From: Cyanophora paradoxa CCMP329
Lineage: Eukaryota; Plantae; Glaucophyta
NCBI GenBank assembly: GCA_004431415.1
Contig: QPMI01000170.1
Location: forward strand, 124,001-188,000
Direction of reading: 5' to 3'
DNA length: 64,000 bases
The notes under the pieces were generated by a model. That model ran no database searches, was not told the origin of the DNA, and saw only the letters and a program-made list of their open reading frames with translations. Position 1 is the first letter of the stretch, and each line of letters begins with the position of its first letter. Positions 1 through 12,160 of the stretch are shown here, piece after piece. The position numbers were made by a program, and so were the translations under genes.

Positions 1-1053
1 CCCGGCCGGCGCAAGAGGCGGGGGGGCGAGCGGGCCTCGATCCAGAGAAGGAGCTGCTGCTGGAACCAGGAGACGCCCGGGCAGAGGTTGTTCCCGCTCA
101 CCAGCGACGCCTCGCTCACCCGCCCCAGCAGCACCCGCCGCGTCACCTGCCGCCCCTCACGCCCCCGCCCCCCGCCCCGCCCCGCCTCCCCGCGCACCTC
201 GGCGCGGCCGAGGCGCTCGTTCTCCCTGAACTCCGTCTCGCAGAGGAGCTGCGGGGCCCCTGAGCACAAGGGCCGGCCGGCGGGGCCGGCGGGCGGGCGG
301 GGCGGGGACCTGGGCCTCCCTGAGGTTCTGCTGGAGGGCCATGTCGAGGAGCTTGGCGAGGTTGCCCTCCGTGAAGATGTTCGACTCGGTGGCGTGCGTG
401 AAGGCCGTGCAGTAGGCGAGCAGCTCCTCCCACGCCAGCGCCTCGGCCGCCTCCCGCATCGTCCCCATCGTCTCCCGCGCCACGAGCGAGATCGCGAAGC
501 GCGTGCTCTCCCGCAGGCCCTCTTCCCACACCAGGAACGAGGAGACGCGATACAGGCTTGCCGCGGCCGCAAAGTCCCTCAGCGCGGACCCGAAGTCTCG
601 CACGTACATCAGCCGCAGCGCCGCCCCGATCGCCTCCGCGCTCTCCCCTTCGATCGCTAGCCGCGCCTCGAAGCTCTGCCGCGCCGCGTGCGCGCATGAG
701 CGTGCGGACGCCGTGGCGCGGCGGTTACGCACTGTGGCTCCCGGCGCCCACCGCTCGCTGGGCGTGCGGTCAGCGAGGCTTACAAGCGCACCTGCATGCG
801 TCAAATTCAATCACCTAAATAGAGTCTTCCAATACGTTGCGGCCTCCAAAATCAAGCGGTGTAGCTGCAGCTTCTTCGAATTCGTCTTCTCGTCGTCCTC
901 GACAACCACGACGACGTCCGAGTACTTTCCAGTGGTCCAGAGAAGCTCGCCAAGCGAGCATGGCCCGCCGGCGCTGCAGCCCCTCTCGGCACTGCCCGTC
1001 ATCTGGCCCACAGCACCTAGCAGCCTCGACCAGGCTGCTAACGTTCTCTGCAA
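1..1053 (-). CDS. BTB/POZ-domain protein (runs off the left edge; start approximate)
   Basis: LLWTTGKYSDVVVVVED...LQLHRLILEAATYWKTLF, then after an intron LAIEGESAEAIGAALRLMY...SLYRVSSFL: typical BTB pattern. Confidence 0.7.
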
Positions 1054-1269
1054 TCTGGGCTGCAGTTCATCTCAAGCTCGCTCGGTCCGTGACTCCACTA
1101 GCAGTCGGTTCCTGTCAGCGGCAGTCAGCCACTGTCAGGGGTATGCTATAGCTAAACTTTGGCGCCGGGCAGCGCCGTGGCCGGAGCTCCGAGCTTAGAG
1201 AAGCATTCTCAAAGCTTCGAGTCCTAAGATACACGGTAGATCGCGTCGGAGGGGCGTCCGTCGCGCTCG

Positions 1270-4200
1270 ATGCGCGCCAGCACCCGCCCGCGCCGGGCAG
1301 CTGGCCTGGCCGTCCTCCTAGGCCTGCTGTTCGAAGCGCTCGTATGGGCGGAGGCACGGTCAGCTAGCGCTGCAAGCAAGGCCGGATCGAGCATCGTCCA
1401 TGTGACCGACTGGCAGTTCCTTGGCCCTTTTCCAATCGGCAAAGGCGAGTGGGATGCCGAGCCGCCGGCGGCGGACGTCGACGGCGCAGGAGCCACGTAC
1501 GCGTCCGAATTCGTGGCAGGTGAGCGCCTTTCGATTGACCGCGCGCGTCAGCGCTTGCTGAGCTGCGTAAGGCGGGACAATCAGCAGCTGGCGCCGAGCG
1601 CGGGCGAACGCCGAGGGGATGGTCGTCATCGGCTTCGACGACGTGAACTGGAACGAGCTCCTGCAGTCGCTCACGAGCTACGAGCTCCTGGAGTGGCAGG
1701 CCTGGGCCGTCGGGACTTTCAGGTCAGCCGCCCGCGCGCGCGGCCGGCCGTCTCCCCCCCCCCCCCCCCCCCCCCCCCCCGATCCTTGTGCGATGCGGGG
1801 CTGGCGCGGGCAGCGTTCCGCGGGACTCGACGGGGCTGGTGCGGTGCAGCGGGGTGCCGAGCTTCACGGTGGACGGGGGCGAGGACGCGCTCCCCGGGAC
1901 CTCTACCACAAGGGCGAGCTCGGCACCGCCCTCCGCCTCGCCCGCGGCGAGCACCGCATCCGCATCCGCCTCCGCGCCAAGGCCAGCCCCGCCGCCGCCC
2001 GCCGGGCTCGTGGGCGGGGCGGGGGTGAGGGCGGGGCGGGGCAGGTGCGGGCGCAGGTGCGCTGCAGCGTGGAGCTGGCGCCGCCGGCGCTGCGGGCGCG
2101 GCCGCTGCTGGCGCCGGACATCGTCGAGGGCGCCCTCTTCGGGACCTCCTCGCGCTCGAGGTCGCCGCGGGGGCCCCGGGCGCCTGGCTCCGCTCCCTCC
2201 GCGTCGAGGCGGCGGGGGCGGGGCCCCTCGCCCTCGCCCCGCCCCACGAGCAGCCGGCCTGGCCCGACCTCGCCCCCTCCCAGACCCTGCCCCTCCGCAT
2301 CCGCCTGCGCCTCGCCCCCGGGGGCGCCGGGAAGCAGTGCCCGGGGCCGCTGCGGCTGCGGGTGGCGGGGTGGGTGGAGGGGGGCGGGGAGGCGGAGGCT
2401 GCGGTGGAGGTCCCCGTGCGGTGCCGGGAGAGAGGGAGCTCCTTCCTCTTCACTTTCCTCGACGCCGACGACAGCGTGCAGCACGCCGGTGCCCCCCGCC
2501 CCGCCCCGCCCCGCCCCGCCCCGGCCCCCGGGGGTGGCCCCGAGCCGGGCGCGCAGGGCGGTGCACCCGCCGCGGGGGGCGTGCAAGGGCGCATGCCCCG
2601 TGTTGGTGACGCTGCACGGGACGACGGTCTCCGCCTCGGACAGCGCGGACGCCTACAAGCACGTCCCCAAGCACGCCAAGGCGCGCCGCCAGCCGCCCAC
2701 CCCCGCCCCCCCGCCAGCTTCCCCGCCACCGCTAACCCCCGCGAAGGGGCAGGGGTACGTCTTCGGGGCGCCGGGCGGCTGGCTCCTCGCCCCCTCCCGC
2801 CACGGCGCGCACAACTGGGAGGGCGTGCGCCACCGCAGCCCGCTCCAACGCGGCGCGCCCACCGCGCTGAGGGCAGCCGGCAGATCGGCATGCGGCACGC
2901 GGCGGCGGCGCTGGCGGCCCTGGCGGCGCTGACGGCGGGGACGGAGGAGCCGGCCGACCCGTACCGCATCCTCGTCGCCGGCCACAGCGCGCCCGCCCCG
3001 CGCCGCGCCCCGGGCCGGGGGCGGGGCGGGTGAGGGTGCGGGGGCGCAGGCATGGGGGCCACGGGGCGTGGGTGCTGGGCGAGGCGCTGGCGGACCGCCT
3101 GCTCGCCCTCGTCGTCCACGCCGGCTGGATCCGCAAGGCCGGCCCCGCCCCGCCCGCCCCCGCCCCCGCCCCGGGCGGCGAGGCGGGGCGGGGCGCAGGA
3201 GCACTACGGGGACTCGAACACGGTGCTGCTGCACGACGTGGCGGTGAGCAGCGTGGACCCCGCCCTCCGCCGCTGCCTCGAGGCCGCCGACGCCCACGCC
3301 GCCGCCGACGCCCACGCCCCAACCTCCTCGTCCGCCCCGCCCCGCCCGCCCCGCCCGCTCGCTCGTCGGCCGCCGCTGCCGCCGAGGGCGGCGGGGGCGG
3401 GCAGGGCGTGCCGGTCCTCCTGCGCGTCGGCTCCGAGGACCGCACCGTCCACCCCTGGCGCGCCCCCGTCCACCCCCTCGCCCCGCACACCCGCCCGCCC
3501 TCCCCCGCGCCTGACGGGGCGGGGCGGGCGTGGGCAGGTTCAACCGGCGGATGCTTCGGGTGCTGCGGGCGGCGGGGGTCAACGTGACGCACGTCGAGAT
3601 CCCCGGCAAGGAGCACTGGTGGTGGTGCGCCCCCGCCCGGGGCCCGCGCGGGGCGGGGTGCAGAGAGGAGGGGGGGCAGGGAGACGGCGCGGGGGAACGA
3701 CGGCGGCGCGGTGAACGACGAGGCGGCGCGGGCCTTCCTCGCCCGCCACACGGCCCCCGCCCCCCCGGCCCCCGCGGGGCCGCGCGGGTGCGGCTGGAGC
3801 TGGTGGTGCAGGCGGCGGCGTACGCGGGGCCGCGGGGCGGGGTGCGGGTGCTGCAGCAGGCCGTGCCCCAGCAGCGCGCCACCGTCGCCCTCGACGTCGA
3901 GCTCGCGCCCGGCGGCGCCGAGCAGCGCTGGCGCCTCGCCACGCGCAACGTGCGGCGCCTGGGGCTCGAGGGGCCCCCGCGGGGCGGCCCCTCGTGGCGG
4001 CGCACCCCGCCCTCGCCCTGGAGCGCATCGCGGAGCTCGAGGTCGACGGGCAGCGCTTCGGGGCCGACGCCGCGCGCGCCCTCGCCGCGGGGCCGCCACC
4101 CTCCTCCGCCCGAGGGCGACCCCGCCGGCTGGCGCCTCGACGCCGGCCCCGCCGAGCTCCTCGCCCGCGGGGAGCGGCTGCCGGGCACGTGGGGCCCGAT

Positions 4201-4945
4201 GCGCGTCGCCCTGGAGCGGCCGTACGTGGTGGTGCACGGTCCCGGGGAGGCAGCGCTGGCGGGGGCGCGCTACCTCGCCGACCTCGCCTTCATGGCGGGG
4301 CACGGGCACGCCGCCCTCCTCCCCGACCACTCCCCGCCGCCGCCGCCGCCCTCGACGCCGCCCCCGCCGTCCTCCTCGTCGGCGACACCAGGCCCGCCCC
4401 CGCGCGCCCGCCCCGCGCTGCTCGCCTCTGATCGGGGCGCCGGCGGCAGGTTCGGGGGCGGGTGGGCGGCGTGGCGTCGGTGGGCCCGGAGGGGGCGCGG
4501 GTGGGGCGGTGCCACTTCGGGGCCCCGGGGTGGGCCTGTTGGCGCTGGCGCCGCTGCGGGAGGCGGACGGGGGGCGGGGGCCGGCTGGCGCTGCTCGTGG
4601 CGGGGAGCGACGGGGCCGGCCTGCGCGACGCCGTCCGCCTCGGGACGCCCACCATCCCCCGATGGCCCGCCCCGCCCCGCCCCGCCCCCCGTGCCCCTCT
4701 GACGCGCCCGCCAGGCCCGCCAGCCGTACACGAACCAGGCGCCCGACTTCATCGTGACGGGCCCCGAGACGCGGGCGCTGGGCCCCGGCGGCTTCCTCGC
4801 CGCCGGCTTCTGGGGGCCCGACTGGGGCCTCTCCCCCGCCTCCTTCATCTCCGATTGTCGCCCTCCGCCCCCACTCCCGGGCGCCCCCGCGGCCCCCGGC
4901 GGCCCCCCGCCCGCAGCAGCCGCGATCGCGAGGGACGAGTTGTGA
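1270..4945 (+). CDS. Secreted alpha/beta-hydrolase, peptidase S9-like (multi-exon)
   Basis: Signal peptide GLAVLLGLLFEALVWAEA; WQFLGPFP; VLVTLHG; GAHNWEG; nucleophile ILVAGHS|MGGHGAW split by an intron near 2987-3048; candidate catalytic D (GSEDRTVHPW) and H (KEHWW). Confidence 0.7.
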
Positions 4946-5905
4946 TCATGATCATGAGGGTCCGACGGTCGCGGTGTCACTCTAGCTATCGAGATTCAAT
5001 GATTCGAGGTCCAGATGTGGGGTTAACGTTAACGTTGCGCGTTCGAATTCAATGATTCGCGCCTTTTCAACTGGCCAGTGGCAAACTTCGACTTGCAACC
5101 TTAGTCAGAACTTCGGAACTCAAGCTTGACGCTTGAGACTCGTAAGCTCTTGGTCAAAGGCCGGGCGTTATGATCAAGGCTTCAAGGCTTGATCATGACA
5201 ATACAGCCCCTAACTGAGTCACTGATCTTGAGTCACACGGTCAGAACGTTCAACGGTTAACCGTGAACTTCAAGGCTTTGAACAATCTGTCGACGTCAGG
5301 CTTCAAGGGCTTTGAACTGGAAACTCGAAAAACACTCAGTGACTGTGACAATTGGCAAGATCCTGTAAATCGCGATCGGGGCTTGGGGCCTCCGAGGGGC
5401 TCACAGAAGCTCGAGGCTCATGATCATACATGATCATCGGAGCCTCTCCAACTTGGGCCAAAAGCCGCGAGCCGCTGAGCCGCGAGCCTCGGTCCTACGG
5501 TCGAAGCTGACGGTTCCAGGCCCGGACTCAGTTAGCTCCGAGGCTCGAGGCTTCTCGTCGATATTCCCGGGCCCCGCTGAGCCTACTACGGTAGCCTCAG
5601 CCGCTGAGCCTGCAGCTGTCAGCCTGGCAGCTGCAGCCTGGAGGATGGAGCGTCCGACGCGTCCGGTCGTGAATTCGAAGACAGCTGCGCATGCAGGCAT
5701 CTGAAAAGTGAATTTTTCCTTCAAGGCTTCTCCACTGTTCAATGAATCATCACCGTCGGACTGCAACGGGGACTACCCCCAGAATACACTGTGAAACTGA
5801 GACACTGCCTGATGATGCGGGGATCATCGCACTGCGGCACCCGGGGTCGCGGGCTCGGGCTGGGGCGGAACTGCGCACGGGGCGGGGCGGGGCGGGACCT
5901 CGGGC

Positions 5906-8900
5906 CTAGAGCTGGTCGGGGGCGAGGAGGGCGGGGCGGGGGAGGGAGGCGGGGTCGACGTCGCGGGGGTGGACGATGACGCGGGCGTCGACGGCGATCA
6001 TCTCCTTGTGGGAGAGCAGCAGCGGGTTGATGTCCACCTCCGCGATCAGCGGCTGCTCGCTCACGAGGCGCGCGAAGGCGACGAGGACGGCCTGCAGGCC
6101 GCTCTCGTCGATCGCCGGCCGCCCGCGCACGCCCTTGAGGACCTCCCCGATGCGGGTGCGGTGGATGAGGCGGCCCGCGAGGGCCGGGGTGAGGGGCGGG
6201 AGGGCGACGGCCGTGTCGCGGTAGACCTCGACGAGCTGCCCGCCCGTCCCGAAGACGAGGACGGGCCCGAGCTGCGGGTCCACCGACGCCCCCAGGATCA
6301 CCTCGTACGTCTCCTTGAAGTCCACCATCTGCCCGCCCCGCCGTGAGCCGCCCTCCGGGGCGCGGCGCGGCGGGCGCGGGGGGGCGCGCCTTGTAGACGG
6401 AGACGCCGAGGAAGTGCTCGGGGCCAGCCTTGGCGGCGACGTTCGCCTTGATCTCGTCGAAGGCGGCGCGCACCTCGGCGGCGCTCTTCATCCCCAGCTT
6501 GACGCCCCCGACGTCGCTCTTGTGCGTGATCGTCTCCGAGTGCAGCTTCACCACCGCCTGGCCCCCGCCCCCGGCTCGGTCCCGGGGGCGGGGCGGGGCG
6601 GGGCGGGGCGGGCGGGGCCGGGGGCGGGCACCGGGTAGCCGCACTCGTCGGTGCGGCGGGCGGCCTCGTCGGCGGAGGTGCAGACGAAGGTGCGCACGAC
6701 GGGGATCCCGTACTCCGCCAGCACGCTCTTCGACTCGAACTCCGTCAGCGTCGTCCGCCCCTCCGCCCGCACCGCCTCCAGCACCGCCGCCGCCCGCCGG
6801 CGGCGCCCCTCGTCTGCCGCCCCCCGCCACGTCAGGGGCGACGGGGCACGGAGGGGAGCACGGGGGGGCGGGGGCGGGGGCGGGGGGGACCGGGGCGGTA
6901 GTTGGCGAAGGCGAGGTCGGCCTTGGCCTTGGCCATCGTGTCCAGCATCTCCCGGCACTGCGCCCCGCTCGCCCCGGCCCCGCGCGCGGCCGCCGGGCGC
7001 AGGGGGGGCCCGCCTGGGCCATGTAGCGGAAGACGCGGGCGGCGTGGTCGGCGGCGGCGAGGTTGGGGATGCCCTTGGCGCGCAGGACCTCCTCCGCCTC
7101 CGCCGTCGCGGGGCCCCCCATGAAGGACGCCAGCACCGTCTTCCCCGGCACCGCCCGCAGCGCCTCCGCCGTCTTCGTGCACTCCGTCATCGCCTGCACG
7201 AGGGCGCGCGGCTCGGCGGGGCGAGGCGAGACGGGAGAGCGGGGGCGATCGAGAGGCGGGGACGGGCCTGGGGCGTGAGGACGACGAGGATGCCGTCGGC
7301 GGCCGGCTCGGCGGCGCAGGCCTCGAAGGCGCGCGCGTAGAGGTCGGCGCCGGCGTCGCCGATGATGTCGACGGGGTTGGCGTGGGACCAGGCGCCCGGG
7401 AGGAAGGCGTTGAGGGCGGCGTGGGTCGCCGGGGAGAGCTCGGCGAGGCGCGCCCCGCCGGCCCCGTTGACGAGGGCGTCGGTGGCGAGGATGCCCGGCC
7501 CGCCGGCGTTGGTGAGGACGGCGAGGGCCGGCCCCTGCGGGAGGGGCTGCGCGGCCAGCGCCCGCGAGACGTCGAGCAGCTCGTCGATGCGGTCGACGCG
7601 GAGCACGCCGGCCCGCCGCAGCGCCTCGTCCACCGCCGCGTCGGCCCCCGTGAGCGTCCCCGTGTGCGACGCCGCCGCCCGCGCCGCCTCCTCTGTCCGC
7701 CCCGCCTTGATCACCACGATCGGCTTCCGCGGGGCCACTGCCGGTGCCGCGTCAGCGCCAGGCGGGGGTGGGGGGGCGGGGCGGGGCGGGGGGCGGGCCC
7801 TCGGCGGCGGCGGAGAGGAAGGCGCGGGCGTCGCCGACGCTCTCCACGTAGCACGCGATCGCCTGCGCCCCGCGCGAGCTCAGCGCGCGCGGGGCGCGGG
7901 GCGGGGCGGGGGGGGCGGGCCTTGGTGGCGGGGTCGTTGGCGTAGTAGCGGAGGAGGTCGCCCCAGGAGACGTCGACCATGGAGCCCAGGGAGGCGACCG
8001 AGGAGAAGCCGAGGCCCGAGCGCCGCGACCAGTCCATCACGCTCGTCACCAGCGCGCCGCTCTGCGAGACCAGCGCGAGGGCGCCGTGCGGCGGCATGTG
8101 GCCTCCGAAGGTCGCGTTCAGGCCTATCTCCGGCGCCATCACCCCCAGGCAGTTCGGCCCGATCACACGCACCCCGCCCCGCCGCGCCTCCTGCATCCCG
8201 CCCCGTCGGCCCGCCCGGTCGGCCCCCGCCGGGGCGGGCGCGGGGCGGGGCGGGGGCGGGCGGGGCGGACGGCGAGGGTGTCGGCGAGGAGCTTGTCGCC
8301 GGTCTCCTTCGCCTGCGCCTCGAGGAAGCCGGCCGAGATGATCACGCAGGCCGGCACCTGCGCGGGAGTCAGCGGGGCGGGGCGGCGGGGGGCGCGGGGG
8401 CCCGCCTTGGCGTCCGCGAGCTGCTTCATGATGGCCGGCACGGCCGACGCCGGCGTCGTGATCACCGCCAGGTCCACCTGCTCCGGGATCGACGCGATCG
8501 ACGGGTACGCCTTCCTGCGCCCGCGTCGGCGCCCCCGCCCCGCGGCGGCCCGCTCACAACGCCGCGCCGCTCACTTCCCGAGGAGCGTGTCGCGCTTGTC
8601 GTTGACGGGGTACACGCGCCCCTTGAAGTTGCCGTCGATAAGGTTCTCCCTGCGCGCCGAGGGGCTCGTGCGCCGCGGCGGAGCGGGGCGCGGGCGGGGC
8701 GGGGCGCGGGCGGTGTGGGACGCACAGGATGGTGCGCCCTACGCTGCCGGCCTTCTCCGTCGCGCCGATGAGCGCGACGGTGCGGGGCTTGAAGAACGCC
8801 TCGATTCCCTTCGGCGCCGGAGCGGCCGCGGCGCCTGTCGCGCAACCGGCACGTCAAGAGGCCGCACGCCGACCCGGCGGCCGCATCGCGCCGCGAAGTC

Positions 8901-9294
8901 GACGACGCTGCTCTCTAAATGCTTTCGCATTCGCTGCGGCGGCGACACCGTGCGCACCGGCGGCGAACTGGCGGACCGGAGTGGCGAGCGAGGACCGCGC
9001 CGGGCGCGGGGCGAACGCCGGCATCCTCCATGTGATGGAGCTAAGCGAGACCGGTGAGTCGCCAGGGTCGCCGAGGCCCTGGCCCGATCCGCGGCCGAGC
9101 GGCATGCGCACCCGATCTCTGGCTTTACGGCGGTCGACGCAACGCGTGCCTCCCCGCTGCTTGCCGCGAGCGACGTACGCGCGCGGGCTACCTGCCCAGC
9201 TGCGCCGGCGTTGGCGGAGGCCAAGCGGCACAGTTGCGAGCTCGAGCGCACCTCGGGCAGGCAGCCGCCTGAGCGAAGCGGCGCGGTTCAACAT
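5906..9294 (-). CDS. Acetate-CoA ligase, ADP-forming (fused CoA-binding, ligase and ATP-grasp domains) with N-terminal presequence
   Basis: [55 protein letters not shown] (phospho-His), [54 protein letters not shown]; no C-terminal GNAT domain. Confidence 0.9.
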
Positions 9295-10082
9295 CCCAGG
9301 TGCAGGCTAGGCTAAGGCTAGCGCCTGGAACGAGTTACGAATGCCTCGGAATGCGCGCGCGGGGGGTACGCCGAGCTCAAAGAAAGCGAATTTCCACTTG
9401 CAAATTTAAAATTGCGCAAATTTCGAGTTTCAAATTAAATTTCCGCTACGTGCGTATACGTATACGTACGTATACGTAAAGGTAGATCGATCTCGCCCGG
9501 GCCCGGCCCTGGCCATGGCCTAGTCGCGCTGTCACAGTGCGTGCACGTGTGGCTGCAGGCGCGCCGGCGCGGTGACTGGGCGAGCTACCCCTGCAAGTTT
9601 GGGCTTAAATCGATCAGCTCATTGTTCAGGAAATTCAGATCACACTGATATCGATCCGATGACTGGTATTTGCAATGTCCGATGGTTATTAGAGTCGAAG
9701 TCACGACTCACTACACACTGAAGCGAACAACGTCGAGATCGCTGAGCATGCTCAAGTGACTAAAAGTAAAGCACGCGGGACGCAATGAGCGAATGCGAAC
9801 TGTAGGACACGACAGAATTCAAAAGCGAAGGGGAAAAAATGGAAAGCTGCAGACTCTACCTATTCAAACAACGTGTGCCTCGAGTTCGGGCGGCCAACGC
9901 ATTTGCACGGTGGCTGCCCGCAGCGTGAAATAGCAAGGCATTCAAGTATGCAAGGGTCGAGTTTTGAAAAAAGATGGAATTGAAACGCGGATGAGTGTTC
10001 TTAGCTAAATGTAGTTAATTTGTTAGTGAAGGAGGGCGCCGGCTAGCGGCCGGTGGGCGGCGGCGGGGGCGCGGCGGGGGGC

Positions 10083-10345
10083 CTAGGAGGCGGCGGTGGA
10101 GGCGCCGTTGGCGGCGGCTGGGTGCGGGGGCGGGCTGTTGCCGCCCGTCCCGTGCATGAGGAGGGAGCCCGAGGGGAGGCTGATCTCGTGCCGCTCCCCC
10201 CGCACCATCGCTGCGCGCGGGCCCCCGCCTCTCGGCGCCGGCGGCGGGGAGGAGGGGGCGGGGAGGCGGAGGGGCCGGCGCACCGTACATGGTCCCCGGC
10301 GATATGTAGTCCCAGATGTCGGGGCCTGCCGCGCGTGAGGCGAGG

Positions 10346-10388
<43 letters not shown>

Positions 10389-11772
10389 AGGGACCGTGGA
10401 TCTGGATGCCGGTGATGAGGGCCCAGTCGACGTCCTTGTTCTTGAGGGTGGCCTTGATGTTCTTCTCGAGGGTCTCGGTGATGACGTCGAGGGCGTGCTT
10501 GGAGAGCTCGACGAGGGAGGGGACGGAGCCGTACTTGATGCGGGGCAGCAGCAGCTGCTTCAGCATCGACTGCTCCACGTCGTCCGGGTCCAGCACCACG
10601 TCGACTGCCACCCCTCAGCGCCCGGCCCCGCGGCGCGGCGCGGCGCGGGCGCACTGCGGCCGCTGGAGAGCTCGCGCTGGAGGGTGAGGAGGGCGCCGCA
10701 CGCGTGGCTGACGTTGGAGCGCCCGTGGCGGACGCACTGCCCGATGCAGCCGTCCGCCCCGATCGCCACGTGCGGCATCGCGATGTACAGGTGCCGCTCC
10801 ACCCCGTCTGGCCCACGCCGAGCCCGTCGGGGGAGACACGGGCCGAGGGGCGCGGGGGGCGGGGTGCGGCAGGAGGGGCGGGCGGACCGAACTGGGGGGC
10901 GTGCTCCTGGGCGGAGAGGAGGCCGGTCTTGCCGAGGAAGGGCATGCCGCCGAGGGAGCACATGTTGAAGGCGCCCGAGACGGAGCCCGGGGGCGACCAG
11001 TACTCCTGCAGGTCCGTGTACAGCGAGCGGCAGATCTCGTCCCGGCACAGCCCGATCGCCGGGATCGCTGCCCGCCCCCTCAGCCGCAGCGCCCCGCAAA
11101 CCCCCCGGCCCCCCCCCCGCCGCGCACTGTTGCGGCGATTGAAGCCGAGGTGGAAGAGGAAGTCATGCGTCTGCGAACGAGGCGTCAGGCGGGGCGACGA
11201 CGGGCGTTTGAGACGAAGTTTACATAGAAGATGAAGTGGCGCTGCGGCACAGCTTCCTGTGGCACGAATCAGCTGACGACGTCGATGTCGCGGGACGACG
11301 CGATCGCGCCCGTACGCGTACCGGGAACGCGGTCAGCAGGGCGTTCCGGAACTTCTCAGGCTGCGAGGCGTTCGCGTGAGCGCGACGTTGTACGCCCGCG
11401 AAAGGAAATTAACAAGTTGATCATGAGCGTCGCGCAGCGAGAACGGCTGCAGCTCGGCAAGCTGACGCCACTGCTCACCTCCTTCGCGCTCTTCAGATTA
11501 CTGTACGGCATGTAGCTGTCGATGAAGAGGCGGCTCGCGGAAGAAGGTAGGACCGAAGGGTGGCGGTGCGATGGCGCCGGCGAAGTCGGCTCCTCGCGAT
11601 CCGACGTCCCAGTGGGCAGCGAGATCAAGGCTGGCTCGGCGAGCTCCGTCTTGTGCGCGTGCTCTTTGAGCTTGAGGGGTGGGATCACGCTCAACGTCGG
11701 AGTGGAAGAGCGAGGAGCTGGCTGCGCGCCGGCGGTCACAGTCGGTGCGCCAGCCGGGTGCGCCGCCGGCAT
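10083..11772 (-). CDS. LCIB/LCIC-family beta-carbonic-anhydrase-like protein
   Basis: GLCRDEIC, FNMCSLGGMPFLGKTG...HAP, MPHVAIGADGCIGQCVRHGR..SHACGAL, DWALITGIQIHGP; Cys/His/Cys Zn-ligand pattern present. Confidence 0.85.
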
Positions 11773-12160
11773 CCGGTTGTTGCCGCGCGCCAGGTCTAGC
11801 TAGTTATGTCGTACGCCGCCTGTCTAAGCTAGGAGAGGGGGAAAATCGGGGAATCCTTACCACCGCTCCTTACGGATCCACGCTTACCAGCGCGATCCTG
11901 CGCGCGCGCTTACCCCCATGACACCGACCCCCGCGTCGGGCCCGCGGGCCGTGCACGTGGCAGCAGCTAGCGCTGCTAGCAGGAACGCACTGCGGCAACG
12001 ACGTCTGTCGGCTGCGAGCATGGCGCCGAGCCGCTTTAGGTGCGTAACGGCCGCCCCCCCAACCGTCGAATTCGAAGGGATCAAATTCAGGATCAAATTC
12101 CCAAGCTCGCGAGGCAAGCCGGTCCGGTGGGACGGCCAGCTCTGGCCATGGAGCTCGGGC

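Noticed and set aside
3040-3070. Apparent frameshifts (e.g. at MGGHGAW) suggesting pseudogenes
   Set aside because: They fall in G/C homopolymers throughout otherwise intact genes and are most likely long-read indel errors
5906-8810. Protein lysine acetyltransferase (Pat/YfiQ) call for the ligase
   Set aside because: No GNAT domain and the catalytic SHTG histidine is retained
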